A model generated the notes under the pieces. That model had not been told where the DNA came from, did not search any database, and worked only from the letters and a program-made list of their open reading frames with translations. The translations under genes and the position numbers were made by a program. A DNA stretch of 63,802 nucleotides, the filler included, from Pirum gemmata (Eukaryota), in NCBI GenBank assembly GCA_002812295.1. It is 23 parts of 23 records of this genome, joined end to end, with 100 filler letters (N's around TTAATTAATTAA, not from the genome) between each part and the next. Parts side by side here need not be neighbours in the genome. Positions count along the whole stretch, not along the records: positions 11,176 to 13,586 come from PDIN01006376.1; positions 13,687 to 16,085 come from PDIN01006377.1; positions 16,186 to 18,634 come from PDIN01006378.1; positions 18,735 to 20,872 come from PDIN01006379.1; positions 20,973 to 23,413 come from PDIN01006380.1; positions 23,514 to 25,925 come from PDIN01006381.1; 17 more parts are not named here. One strand, 5' to 3'. Below, piece after piece: positions 12,341-23,970 of the stretch. The stretch's first letter is position 1. Each line of letters begins with the position of its first letter.

Positions 12341-13878
12341 ATGTCGGGTCAGCCTCCCATATACCGCATACCCGTAAACTCTGTAAAACTCCCAAGACTT
12401 TTTTCCTGGGATTCTTGATAAACAGTTAGATAATAAAATAAACCAAATTAAATAAAATGGATTAATATAGTTTTAATTTGGTACTCTTTATTTCATATTT
12501 TATGATGATAATATTTACATTTATAACAACTTGTTCTCCTTGTTCAACATTGGTATTTAATAAAGTGTTACATAAATCAACACAAGCTAAAATGTGTCAT
12601 TTTTTATCAGTTGGATAGTTTTAGGTTGTGTTACTACTACTACCTACTACTACTACTACTATTACTACTACTACTACTACTACTACTGCTACTACTACTA
12701 CTACTACTATTATTATTATTATTATTATTACTTATATAATAATATGATTCGATTTTTTCCCATCAAGAACAAAATAAAATGTGTCGTTTTTGTTTGATTG
12801 TTGGATGGTTTTAGGTTATGTTACTATTTAACATTCGAGCTTATATATTAATATGATTCGTTTTTTTTCCAATAAAGATCAAAATAAAAAGTGTCGCTTT
12901 TGTCCGTTTGTTGGATGGTTTTAGGTTATGTAACTATTTAACATTCAAGCTCGTATAATAATTTTATTCGATGTTTTTCCAATAAAAACCAAAATAAAAG
13001 GCTATGTTACTATTTAACATTCGAGCTTACACAATAATATGATTCGATTTTTTTTTTCAATAAGGACCAAAATAAAAAGTGTAGTTCTTGTTTGTTTGTT
13101 GGATGTTTTAAGGTTGTGTGACTAATTTAAGATTGCCATTTATGGCAATAAAGGTTCTTCTTGTTCTTGTTCTTGTTCGGTGTTATTATTTATAGTTTGA
13201 CCCAAATATAATTTACTGGCTTGATCTAGAGATAATCCTTTTGTCTCCAATACAAATTTAAAAATAAAAAGAGTGAAAAGTAAATTTAAACAGAAAAATG
13301 GTATAAACGTGTACGCCCCTAATTATATATATATATATATATTAATAATTGTATAATTAATTTTAAATAAAGATAGGGTTGTAGAATGGTAATAATAATA
13401 ATAGTAGTAGTAGTAGTAGTAGTATTGATGGTAGTAGTAGTAGTAGTAGTAGTGATAATAGTAGTGGTAATAATAGCAGTAATAGTGGTGGTAATAGTAA
13501 TAGTAGTAATAGTGGTAGTAGAAGTAGAATTAGTAGTAGTACTGGTAGTGGTGGCAATAGTAATAGTAGTAGTAGTAGTAGTAGTANNNNNNNNNNNNNN
13601 NNNNNNNNNNNNNNNNNNNNNNNNNNNNNNTTAATTAATTAANNNNNNNNNNNNNNNNNNNNNNNNNNNNNNNNNNNNNNNNNNNNAACCCATAACCCAT
13701 AACCCATGACCCATAACCCATAACCCATAACCCGTAACCCATAACCCCGTAACCCCTTATCCAACCCCTCCCTAATCGTAACCCAACCCCTCCCTAATCG
13801 TAACCCAGCCCCTCCCTAATCTTAACCCAACCCCTCCCTAACCGTAATCGTAACTGTAATCCTAACCCTAAACTCTAG

Positions 13879-16085
13879 GTACGCAAGTCGTGACGGAAGT
13901 GTCGAAGTCACCCGTCTATTATTAGATGCTGGTGCTGATATGACCGCTACTAGTAAGTACGGAAAAACCGCATTGTTTATTGCCAGTGAACATGGACGTA
14001 CGGATATAGCACGTTTATTGCTTTTAAGTGGTGCAGACCCTAATACCGATTTACGCTCTGTAAAATATGGTAAAACTGCCCTATTCATAGCCAGCGAACA
14101 TGGCCATCAAAAAATTGTAAAATTACTAATTGAGGCAATGGCTGATGTACATCAAGCTGATAAGGATGGGTTAACAGCTTTACTGATTGGTAGTGAGAAA
14201 GGACATACTGGAATTGTTAATCTTTTATTGGAAAATGGGGCTGATTGTAATAAAGCTGATAATGATGGGTTTACGGCTTTGATACTCGCAGCTGCTTGTG
14301 GTCACGTAGATTGCGTCGAATTATTGTTGCTTTATTCAGCGGATTTAAACATAGCGAATAAAAGTGGGGAAACCGCTCTTTTTATTGCTAGTGAAAATGG
14401 ACATGGTCAAATTGTGAAAATGCTACTAGATGTAAGTTTGTTTTATATGAAATCTTTATATATAGTTAAGATTATATTTCAATATCTGTATTGTGGTAGT
14501 AGTGGTAGTAGTAGTAGCGGTAGTAGTAGTAGTAGTAACTAGTAGTAGTAGTATTAACCAGTAGTAGTAGTAACTATAACTATAACCATTATTCTAATCA
14601 TATAACTATAAGCTTATATTATCATAACCTTAATCATAATCATAACTTTAACACTAGAACAATAAACACAACAATAACCATTATACTAATCATATAACTA
14701 TAACCTATATATAATCATAACCTTAATCATAATTGACTATAACACTAGAACTCGTTCGGAATTATTTTAATGAAAATAATTGTAAACTCTTTATCAATCC
14801 TCGTAGAAACCCCTCACTTACCCTGTTGTTACCCTATTGTTACCCTATTGTTACCCTATTGTTACCCTATTGTTACCTTATTGTTACCTTATTGTTACCC
14901 TATTGTTACCCTATTGTTACCCTATTGTTACCCTATTATTACCCTACTGTTATCCTATTGTTACCCTATTGTTACCCTAGCTTTACCCTATTATTACCCT
15001 ATTATTACCCTATTGTTACCCTATTATTACCCTATTATTACCCTATTATTACCCTATTATTACCCTATTATTACCCTATTATTACCCTATTATTACCCTA
15101 TTATTACCCTATTATTACCCTATTATTANNNNNNNNNNNNNNNNNNNNNNNNNNNNNNNNNNNNNNNNNNNNNNNNNNNNNNNNNNNNNNNNNNNNNNNN
15201 NNNNNNNNNNNNNNNNNNNNNNNNNNNNNNNNNNNNNNNNNNNNNNNNNNNNNNNNNNNNNNNNNNNNNNNNNNNNNNNNNNNNNNNNNNNNNNNNNNNN
15301 NNNNNNNNNNNNNNNNNNNNNNNNNNNNNNNNNTTACCCTATTATTACCCTATTATTACCCAATTGTTACCCTATTATTACCCTATTATTACCCTATTAT
15401 TACCCTATTATTACCCTATTATTACCCTATTATTACCCTATTATTACCCTATTATTACCCTATTACTACCCTATTATTATCCTTTTTACTACTTTAGTGT
15501 TACCCTATTATTACCCTTTTATTACCCTTTAATTACCCTATTATTACCCTATTTGTTAACCTATTATTATTATCAATATCATTCATTGCCATTATATCAT
15601 ATTACTATAGCGTGGTGCTGATGTTAATATCGCCGACGTGGATGGAGCTACTCCGTTATCTATTGCTGGAATAAAATTACACACTGATATTGTTTTACAA
15701 TTAAGTGAATGGCAGAAAGTATTAGAGGAAGCTGCGAACCAAGCTATGTGTGAGTTATTGTTAGACGAAGAACGAGAGAAAAGAGACAATCCTAACGGTA
15801 AGAAAAAGCGTAAACGACAATCAAAAAAACATATGAAACTTAATACTGGAAATAATGGAAGTATTGAAAACCTTACCCATGAAGAAGAAAAGAGTGATGA
15901 TTATGAAAATGAAAGAAGCAATGCGAATAAAAATCCACAGGATGGAATATTACCCGTTACAAGTAATAAAAAGAAGGGAAACACAACAGTAACACCTTCG
16001 GTTACACAAGCCCAAGTGATTACTACTGCGAAAGCTAGTAAACAATCTACAAATAATGATCGTAATAATAATAATAATAATAATA
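13879..16085 (+). CDS. Ankyrin-repeat protein, partial; exons 13879-14431 and 15611->16085
   Basis: Multiple GxTAL(F/L)xA repeats. Splicing GTAAGT(14432) to TAG(15610) restores a full repeat MLLD|RGADVNIADVDGATPLSIA, followed by EAANQAMCELLLDEE and a KKKRKR basic patch. Confidence 0.9.
14820..15560. repeat. Intronic 11-mer satellite (TTACCCTATT[A/G])n
   Basis: Tandem 11-mers with a gradient from TTG to TTA variants, inside the ankyrin-gene intron. Confidence 0.92.
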
Positions 16086-16582
16086 NNNNNNNNNNNNNNN
16101 NNNNNNNNNNNNNNNNNNNNNNNNNNNNNTTAATTAATTAANNNNNNNNNNNNNNNNNNNNNNNNNNNNNNNNNNNNNNNNNNNNATCAATTTAAATATT
16201 ATAAACAGCCAAATAAATATTTGGAGTGACAAAATAAATGAAAAGCACAATAGGAATCATCCATAAAGAACATCACCTAATCCTACTTATGCCTTTTTTT
16301 CCAAAACACTTTTGGTCATAATTATAAAGTTCATTTTAATAATTAATTACTGCCTAAACCAGTTTAAGTCACACTTTCGAGCAATGACTTCTATCAAAGA
16401 ATAAGTGGCGTCTTTTATTGAAGCTAGCTAGAGAGGTCTACTACTAGCTAGTGCTATCGATAGCTAGCTAGTGAGCTTTTTCCCTTTTCCCTGCCACTAT
16501 ACTGGCTAACTACTGTAGCTAACTACTAGCTATCTATCCGGATAGTAGACGGGGTCTATCGTACTCTAAAGCTGGATCAGAG

Positions 16583-16810
16583 TAGGGTTAGGGTAAGGGT
16601 TAGGGTTAGGGTTAGGGTTAGGGTTAGGGTTAGGGTTAGGGTTAGGGTTAGGGTTAGGGTTAAGGTTAAGGTTAAGGTTAGAGTAACTTAAGGTTAGGGT
16701 TAGGGTTANGGGTTATAGGGTTAGGGTTATAGGGTTAGGGTTATAGGGTTAGGGTTATAGGGTTAGGGTTATAGGGTTAGGGTTATAGGGTTAGGGTTAG
16801 GGTTAGGGTT
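16583..16810. repeat. Interstitial telomeric array with TTAAGG and TTATAGGG-TTAGGG (14-mer) variants
   Basis: Directly visible. Confidence 0.92.
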
Positions 16811-17838
16811 CTTAATAACTAGTCAGATCATGATAGCTGGCTACTAGCTAGCTAGTTATAAATAATTATAATTATTCTAAAAAGAGTAAATTAGTCTTTA
16901 TTAGGTAAATTAGTCCAACTAGCTAGGTATCGTCTATTTCAACACAGTTATCCCCTCACTCTTTAATTTGGCACTGTTTAAGTGTATAATTGAACTTGTT
17001 TATAAAATAAAATATTATGTATAAAATACCAAATTAATTAAAACATGTCTGATAGTTTAGCCATAATAACAATTTGGTAGGTTTATTTCAGTTTTTGAAC
17101 TGGACAACACTATTGATATTGAAAAACACGATAAGAGGAATAGTAAATAGCTACTAGTACTAACTAGCTTGACTAGCTACCAGTAGCTAGCTAGAAAGGG
17201 TAGAGCAGTCAGTGTTTTAGTTCGAGTCAGCTTTATATGAGTCATATTATCGTGCCTTTCATTTATTTTGTCACTCCGAATATTTATTTGGAGGGTTATA
17301 ATATTTAAAGTAACATTTACGTATTATGAATTTATGATAATAATATTATATTTTATTATACAAAATAATTAATTATATTATTAGGAAAGGTTATATAAAT
17401 GTAAGCTTTTAATTTTTTTTTTTTTTGAAAAACAACAATTGTTTTGTTTGTGGGGGGGGATTATTATAATATGCTCATTATTAATTTCAATATATATTAT
17501 ATTGTACCTTTTTGTTTATTTTGTAGCTCTGAATATTTATTTCACTGTTCATATCTAATTATTATTTTATTTTTGCAATAGGCGTGCATGGGTTGTTATG
17601 GTAGCATGAGACTGGTGCATGACTACCGTTCTCATACCTCATACTGTGTGTGAGTCGAGTCGTTTAGAGGTGGGTCAGAGAGAAATAATTGTATGGTACC
17701 GTGTATATATAAAAGAGTGGCCCAATTTGCCACCCAAAAAGACCCAAAACTGTCTTTTCAGGTTTTTTTCTGTGAAGCAAAAAAAAAAAATGAAACCCTA
17801 TCATTGGCCTAAAACCTGCCATCATCACTGTCACTAAG

Positions 17839-18089
17839 GAGTAGGGGTGAGATGACGTCATTTTATTATTACCGAACAGCTGCCGGAACTTTTCCGATTT
17901 TTATAGTTTTATTACTATTAATGTTAATTTTATTACTTTAATTGGTAACTACCATAATTAGATTTATTATTTTAAGCTATTTAACTGCTATTGTTAGTAA
18001 GGGACACGGAACTAAGGTTGGCTCGATAAGCATATGTTCGAAAAAAGTTCCAGTAGAGGGTAGGGCTAACCCTAACCCTAACCCTACTC
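17839..18089. mobile_element. MITE family G (TIR GTAGGGGTGAGAT); partial copies at 44810-44914 and 58790-58890
   Basis: Shared core cggaactaaggttggctcgataagcat.tgttcgaaaaaagttccagtag. Termini gagtagggg...ccctactc; the right end is interrupted by ctaaccctaacccta. Confidence 0.7.
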
Positions 18090-18191
18090 ACTAAGGTCAC
18101 TAATCATACTCAAGTCATCTCAATGACTAGTACTCAGTTCAGTCATCATTGACTCATCAATCCTTCCGAACAAACGGTTACTCTTGAGCGG

Positions 18192-18326
18192 TTACATATA
18201 GTGGGTGTCCTCCTGCAAGGGTATATGATTTGCACTTTTGTAATACAACGGATTAATCCTGCCTTTAATTTCATTTCTTTCTTCTTCATCTTCTAGCGTT
18301 TGTAAATCTTCATTAATTAAGTAAAC
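18192..18326 (-). CDS. Putative terminal exon encoding an acidic tail with an NPxY motif
   Basis: tatAG acceptor then VYLINEDLQTLEDEEERNEIKGRINPLYYKSANHIPLQEDTHYM* (45 codons). A possible upstream exon lies near 18500-18547. Confidence 0.5.
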   Translation of the reverse strand, partial: VYLINEDLQTLEDEEERNEIKGRINPLYYKSANHIPLQEDTHYM

Positions 18327-18867
18327 CTATATCTATCTTAATTAAGCTTATATTGTTTATTTCACTGAACTGCTTGGCATAAATGAGAATGACACACAAT
18401 ATTACACACACATGTATATATATACTATAGGGTTAGGGTTAGGTTTAGGGTATATATATAATATGGAGATATGGAGATCAATACAGGTGTATTTTTCCTG
18501 CACCGGGTAATCAGAGTAATTCTTCTCTTCGCTCCTATAAGTCTCCTAAACTAGACCTGGTGTGGATTTTTGTTTATTCATTTATTTATTTTTTATATAT
18601 ATTATTATTTTAATTATTTTTAATTATTATTATTNNNNNNNNNNNNNNNNNNNNNNNNNNNNNNNNNNNNNNNNNNNNTTAATTAATTAANNNNNNNNNN
18701 NNNNNNNNNNNNNNNNNNNNNNNNNNNNNNNNNNTTAAGGTTAAGGTTAAGGTTAAGGTTAAGCTTAAGCTTAAGCTTAAGCTTAACGTTAGGTTAAGGG
18801 TTAGGGTTATGATTAGGGTTCGGTTTCGGTTTCGGTTTCGGGTTCGAGTTCGAGTTCGGGTTCAGGT

Positions 18868-19238
18868 TAGTAGGGTTAGGATTAGTAGGGTTAGGATTAG
18901 TAGGGTTAGGAATAGTAGGGTTAGGGATAGTAGGGTTAGGGATAGTAGGGTTAGGGATAGTAGGGTTAGGGATAGTAGGGTTAGGGATAGTAGGGTTAGG
19001 GATAGTAGGGTTAGGGATAGTAGGGTTAGGGATAGTAGGGTTAGGGATAGTAGGGTTAGGGATAGTAGGGTTAGGGATAGTAGGGTTAGGGATAGTAGGG
19101 TTAGGGATAGTAGGGTTAGGGATAGTAGGGTTAGGGATAGTAGGGTTAGGGNGGGTTAGGGTTAGTAGGGTTAGGGTTAGTAGGGTTAGGGTTAGTAGGG
19201 TTAGGGTTAGTAGGGTTAGGATTAGTAGGGTTAGGGTT
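18868..19238. repeat. Telomere-derived 15-mer satellite (TTAGGGATAGTAGGG)n
   Basis: More than 20 tandem 15-mers flanked by TTAAGG, TTGGGAG and TTAGGG variants. Confidence 0.93.
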
Positions 19239-19710
19239 AATATGGTTAGGATGAGTAGGGTTACGGTTAGTAGGGTTACGGTTAGTAGGGTTACGGTTAG
19301 GGTTGGAGTTGAAGTTGAAGTTGGAGTTGGGAGTTGGAGTTGGGAGTTGGGAGTTGAGAGTTGGAGTTGGGAGTTGGGAGTTGAGAGTTGGAGTTGGGAG
19401 TTGGGAATTAGAGTTGGGAGTTGGGAGTTGGAGTTGGGGTTAGGGGGGTTAAGGTAAGGGTTAGCGGGGATAGGGATAGAGTTGAGGTTGGGGTTGTGGG
19501 GTTGAGATTAGGGTTAGGGTTAGGGTTAGGATTGAGGTTGGGTTTGGGGTTTGGATGTTTGGATTATGGGTTAGGGTTAGGGTTAGGGTTGGGGTTAGGC
19601 ACACAAACGTATATATACGATGATGTCACTAATACTAACACTAACACTAGTACTAGTATTAATGTTAACTCTAACCCTAACCCTAACCCTAAATATAAAT
19701 ATAAATAAAC

Positions 19711-19790
19711 CTGAATCATAATAGATAGTACATCTGGAATAACAGAATGACAATCTGTTCTTTGCATAATTCCTTCTACCATAAAGGTTG
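19711..19790 (-). CDS. Putative 80-nt internal exon, unknown protein
   Basis: tacAG acceptor and CAG|GTTTAT donor; reads (A)TFMVEGIMQRTDCHSVIPDVLSIMIQ. Confidence 0.55.
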
Positions 19791-20117
19791 CTGTATTATA
19801 TAAAAATGAGGAAAATAAGGTCATGTTACCATTGTTAAGTTAATAACAATAAAAGGTAATTATTGAGTTATATAAAAATGATGTTATGTTACCCATTATT
19901 ATTTCAATAACCATAAAAGAAAATTATTGGGTGATGCGAGAAAACCCATCGAATCGAGACCAGTTCGAAATATTCGAAGTTTTTCGATCTAATTTTAAGT
20001 GTTGACTCACTTTTGATTTCACTTAAAAAGATTCTCAGAAATTTCAGAAAAATTTGAAGCTCAAAAAAACAGAATATCATTTCAAAATTGTCACTATTCG
20101 ATTATGTTTTCCAGCAT

Positions 20118-20348
20118 GGAGATACGGGAAAACACAATCGAGCCAAACAGCTCGATCCTAATTATTAAATATTGATAATTTTGAAATGATATTCTTTTTT
20201 TTTCGAGTTTCAAGTTTTTTCTATAAAAATTCTAAGAATTTTTAAAATTTTTTTAATGAAATCAAAAGTGAGTCAATATTTAAAATTATATCGAAAAATT
20301 TCGAAAGTTTCGAACTAGTCTCGATTCGATGGGTTTTCCCGCATCTCC
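20118..20348. mobile_element. MITE family B (~230 bp, TIR GGAGAT(A/G)CGGGAAAAC); copies at 5480-5678(-), 19933-20112(-), 25559-25790, 25877-25925 (truncated), 55031-55161 (internally deleted)
   Basis: Left end ggagatacgggaaaac, right end gttttcccgcatctcc (reverse complement); conserved interior across six copies. Confidence 0.88.
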
Positions 20349-21139
20349 TATCTCCTTGCTAACTGTTAATTGCTAATTGTCACATAAAGTAATGGGATTA
20401 ATTATTATTACAATAGCAATAAAAAATATTTATTGAGATTGTTAATTGCTAATAATTATTTATCGTTAATAACTAATTGTAATTGGTAATTGCAAATCGT
20501 TTATTGTTAATTGTTTATTATCATTAATTATTAATTATTAACTATTAATTATTAACCATCAATTATCAATTATCAATTGATTAATTGTTAATTGTTAATT
20601 TTAATTGTTAATTGTTAATTGTTAATTGTTAATTGTTAATTGTTAATTGTTAATTGTTAATTGTTAACTTTTTAATTGTTAATTGTTAATTGTTAATTTT
20701 TAATTAATTGTCAACTTGTGCAATAAAAGCTACTGCACTATATAAAAATGAGAACATATTGGATTTTTTAATTATTAATGGTTAGTTGTTAATAGTTAAC
20801 GGCCACATCATACGGTAATGTCATTAATTATTATTACAATAACAATAAAAGATATTTATTCATTGTTAATTGNNNNNNNNNNNNNNNNNNNNNNNNNNNN
20901 NNNNNNNNNNNNNNNNTTAATTAATTAANNNNNNNNNNNNNNNNNNNNNNNNNNNNNNNNNNNNNNNNNNNNAACCCCAACTCTAACCCTAACTCCAACC
21001 CCAACCCCAACCCCAACTCTAACCCTAACTCCAACCCCAACTCTAACCCTAACTCCAACCCCAACCCTAATACTAACCCCAGCCCTAACCCTAACCCCAA
21101 CCCTAACCTTAACCCTAACCTTAACCTTTATCCTAATAG

Positions 21140-21635
21140 AAAACAAATATTACAAAGAATGTATACAATGTAATGTGGGGTTAAATTTAAATACTACAAC
21201 AAATAAATGCGATACTTGTCTATCCGATATTGCGAATTGCGCAAAACTTACGAACGTTTGTGATCGTAATTCGGGCCGATATTATTGCGAGAAATGTGAA
21301 TCGAATTTGTTTTTGAATTTTGATGGGTTGTCTTGTAAGTCATGTGAAAAGGGCTATTATGTTGAAAATAATATTTGCAAACCATGCAAGTAAGTCTTGT
21401 TGTTGTTTGTTTGTTGTTGTTTGTTTGTTGTTGTTTGTTTGTTGTTGTTTGTTTGTTGTTTGTTTGTTGTTGTTTGTTTGTTGTTGTTTGTTTGTTGTTG
21501 TTTGATGCGTGGTTGTTGTTGTTTGGTTGTTGTTGTTTGGTTGTTGTTGTTTGGTTGTTGTTGTTTGTTGCTGCTGTTTGTTTGTTTGTTTTTGATGTTT
21601 TTGATGTTTGGTTGTTGTTGTTTGGTTGTTGTTTG

Positions 21636-21682
<47 letters not shown>

Positions 21683-23397
21683 CCTTCTCCTCCTCCATCA
21701 CGACCACTCCTAACCCTAACACATCATCACCTCCTTACCATCATCACCATCATTACCATCATTACCATCACCACCACCATCTCTAACCCTAACCCTAACC
21801 CTAACCCTAACCCTAACGCACCACCACGGCTACCATAACCACCATAACCACCATAACCACCATAACCACCATAACCACCATAACCACCATAACCACCATA
21901 ACCACCATAACCACCATAACCACCATAACCACCATANCCATAACCACCATAACCACCATAACCACCATAACCACCATAACCACCATAACCACCATAACCA
22001 CCATAACCACCATAACCACCATAACCACCATAACCACCATAACCACCTCCACTACCACCACAATAACTAACAATACATAATAATAAAAAAAACAGGTTCG
22101 ATGTATCCCATTGCAAAGAGTACAACATTCAAAAAAGTTGTGTGTTCGATATTAATAATGAAAATTCAGTTGAATTAGAATGTACTCAATGTGACACTGG
22201 TTTTTACTTAAATAACACCAAAACGTGCAGTGCTTGTTCTACAGAAACTCAAAATTGTAATATCTACGAAGAAAATTGTAATTCAAAAAATGAAAAGAAT
22301 TGTAAAAGTTGTTATTCAAAATATTACTTAAGTGATTATAATATTTGTTCTCCTTGCAGTGAAGATGTGCAACGTTGCGGTCGATTTGCGGATGAATGCA
22401 ACGACGCGAATTCTACGGATTGCCTGGAATGTTTTTCCGGATATTATTTGGACATTTCAGGTACTATAAGTCACATAAAAGGAAAATAGGTTACATTAAA
22501 GGAAATTAGTTTACATAAAAGGAAATTAGGTTTATATAAAAGGAAATCAGGGCTACATTAAAGGAAATCAGGGTTACATAAAAGAAAATTAGGGATATAT
22601 AAAAGGAAATTCGGGATAGATATAGTAGAAAATACCAGAATATGTTGTTTTTTTTTATTGTTTTTTTTTTCCTACTAACTCTAACTCTAACCCTAATCCT
22701 AACCCTAACCCTAACCCTAACCCTAACCCTTTAACTTTAGCCCTGACCCTAACCTGACATTATAGGTAAAACAACTGAATGTAGAGAGTGTACTGATGTA
22801 GTAGAAAATTGTAATGATTATTTCACTGAACAGTGTTCTAGTATAACTTCTAACCAAAAACGTTGTAAACAATGCGCTGAGAATATGGCTGTTTCGCTTA
22901 ATAATAATACTAATAAGTGGGAGTGCAGTACTTGTAATGGCGTAGTAATTGATGGAATAGAGTGTGTACAGTCAGCTGTTGATAATAATAATAATGGTAG
23001 TAATGGTAATACTAGCCTTTCTGGAGGAGCAATTGCAGGTATTGTTATAATAATGGTGATGGTGGTTGGTTAGGGTTAAGGTTTAGGGTTAGGATAATGG
23101 TGGTAGGATTAATAGGATTGATGATGGTGATGATGGTGATAATCATTATAACTGTTAATTATTAATGTTAATTATTATTATTATTATTAATTCTTATTAT
23201 CAATTCTTATTATTATTAATTCTTATTAATATTAATTAGTATTATTATTAATTATAATTATTTATTATTATTATTATTAGGTATTGTTTGTGGTGTTTTT
23301 GTTTTAGTTGTTGTGATGTCAGTTGGAATATTTTTTCTTGCGAAAAAAGCGGAAAAAATAAGAAGAGAAAAAGAGTTATACGGCATGTCAGCGAAAG
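21140..23397 (+). CDS. Cys-rich (CxxC furin-like/VSP-like) type I membrane protein, partial; exons 21140-21389, 22096-22460, 22766-23038, 23281-23397
   Basis: All three introns are GT-AG and phase-compatible. Repeated CxxCxxGYY motifs; spliced [29 protein letters not shown] followed by AKKAEKIRR. Confidence 0.9.
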
Positions 23398-23513
23398 GTT
23401 GTTTTTTTTTTTTNNNNNNNNNNNNNNNNNNNNNNNNNNNNNNNNNNNNNNNNNNNNTTAATTAATTAANNNNNNNNNNNNNNNNNNNNNNNNNNNNNNN
23501 NNNNNNNNNNNNN

Positions 23514-23970
23514 CAATTTATACATAAAAATTTTTAACTTAACTTTTTTTTTATATTATTACAATAATAAATAATAGCATGGTACTTGTCCAGTATGTAG
23601 AAGTACGTGTGATTAAGTTTCGTGGATTTAGTAGGTACATTTTGTATAGCATTGAAGATTCCAAAATAACCACCACCTTACCGTTAAGCACCCCCTAGAG
23701 AGCCTTCATCTGAACCGCTGTTTTTATATTTAGCCCTGCTTCTCTGTTTTTTAGGTTTAAAATTTTTATGTATAAATTGGTAGTTTATGTATATAGCGCA
23801 AAAAAAAAACAGATTTTTCTCTATCCGATTTTTTTTTTCGCAGACTTGTCAAGCCAGAATCAAGGGGTAGTACTGGGGTAGTCGAGAGGAGTTCAGGCTT
23901 AGCGAAACTGGATTCGAGGTGGAGGTTAGACTAGTCTGCGAAAAACGCCGCGAAAAAATATATACATAAA
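23514..23970. mobile_element. Two adjacent short TIR elements (23514-23779 and about 23784-23970)
   Basis: caatttatacataaaaattt...aaatttttatgtataaattg; and tttatgtatata...ttttcgcagact...agtctgcgaaaa...tatatacataaa inverted ends. Confidence 0.6.

Noticed and set aside
16583..16810. TTAGGG arrays as true chromosome ends or nanochromosome/fragmentation sites
   Set aside because: Most arrays have unique sequence on both sides and many are intronic; contig breaks at repeats are expected from short-read assembly.
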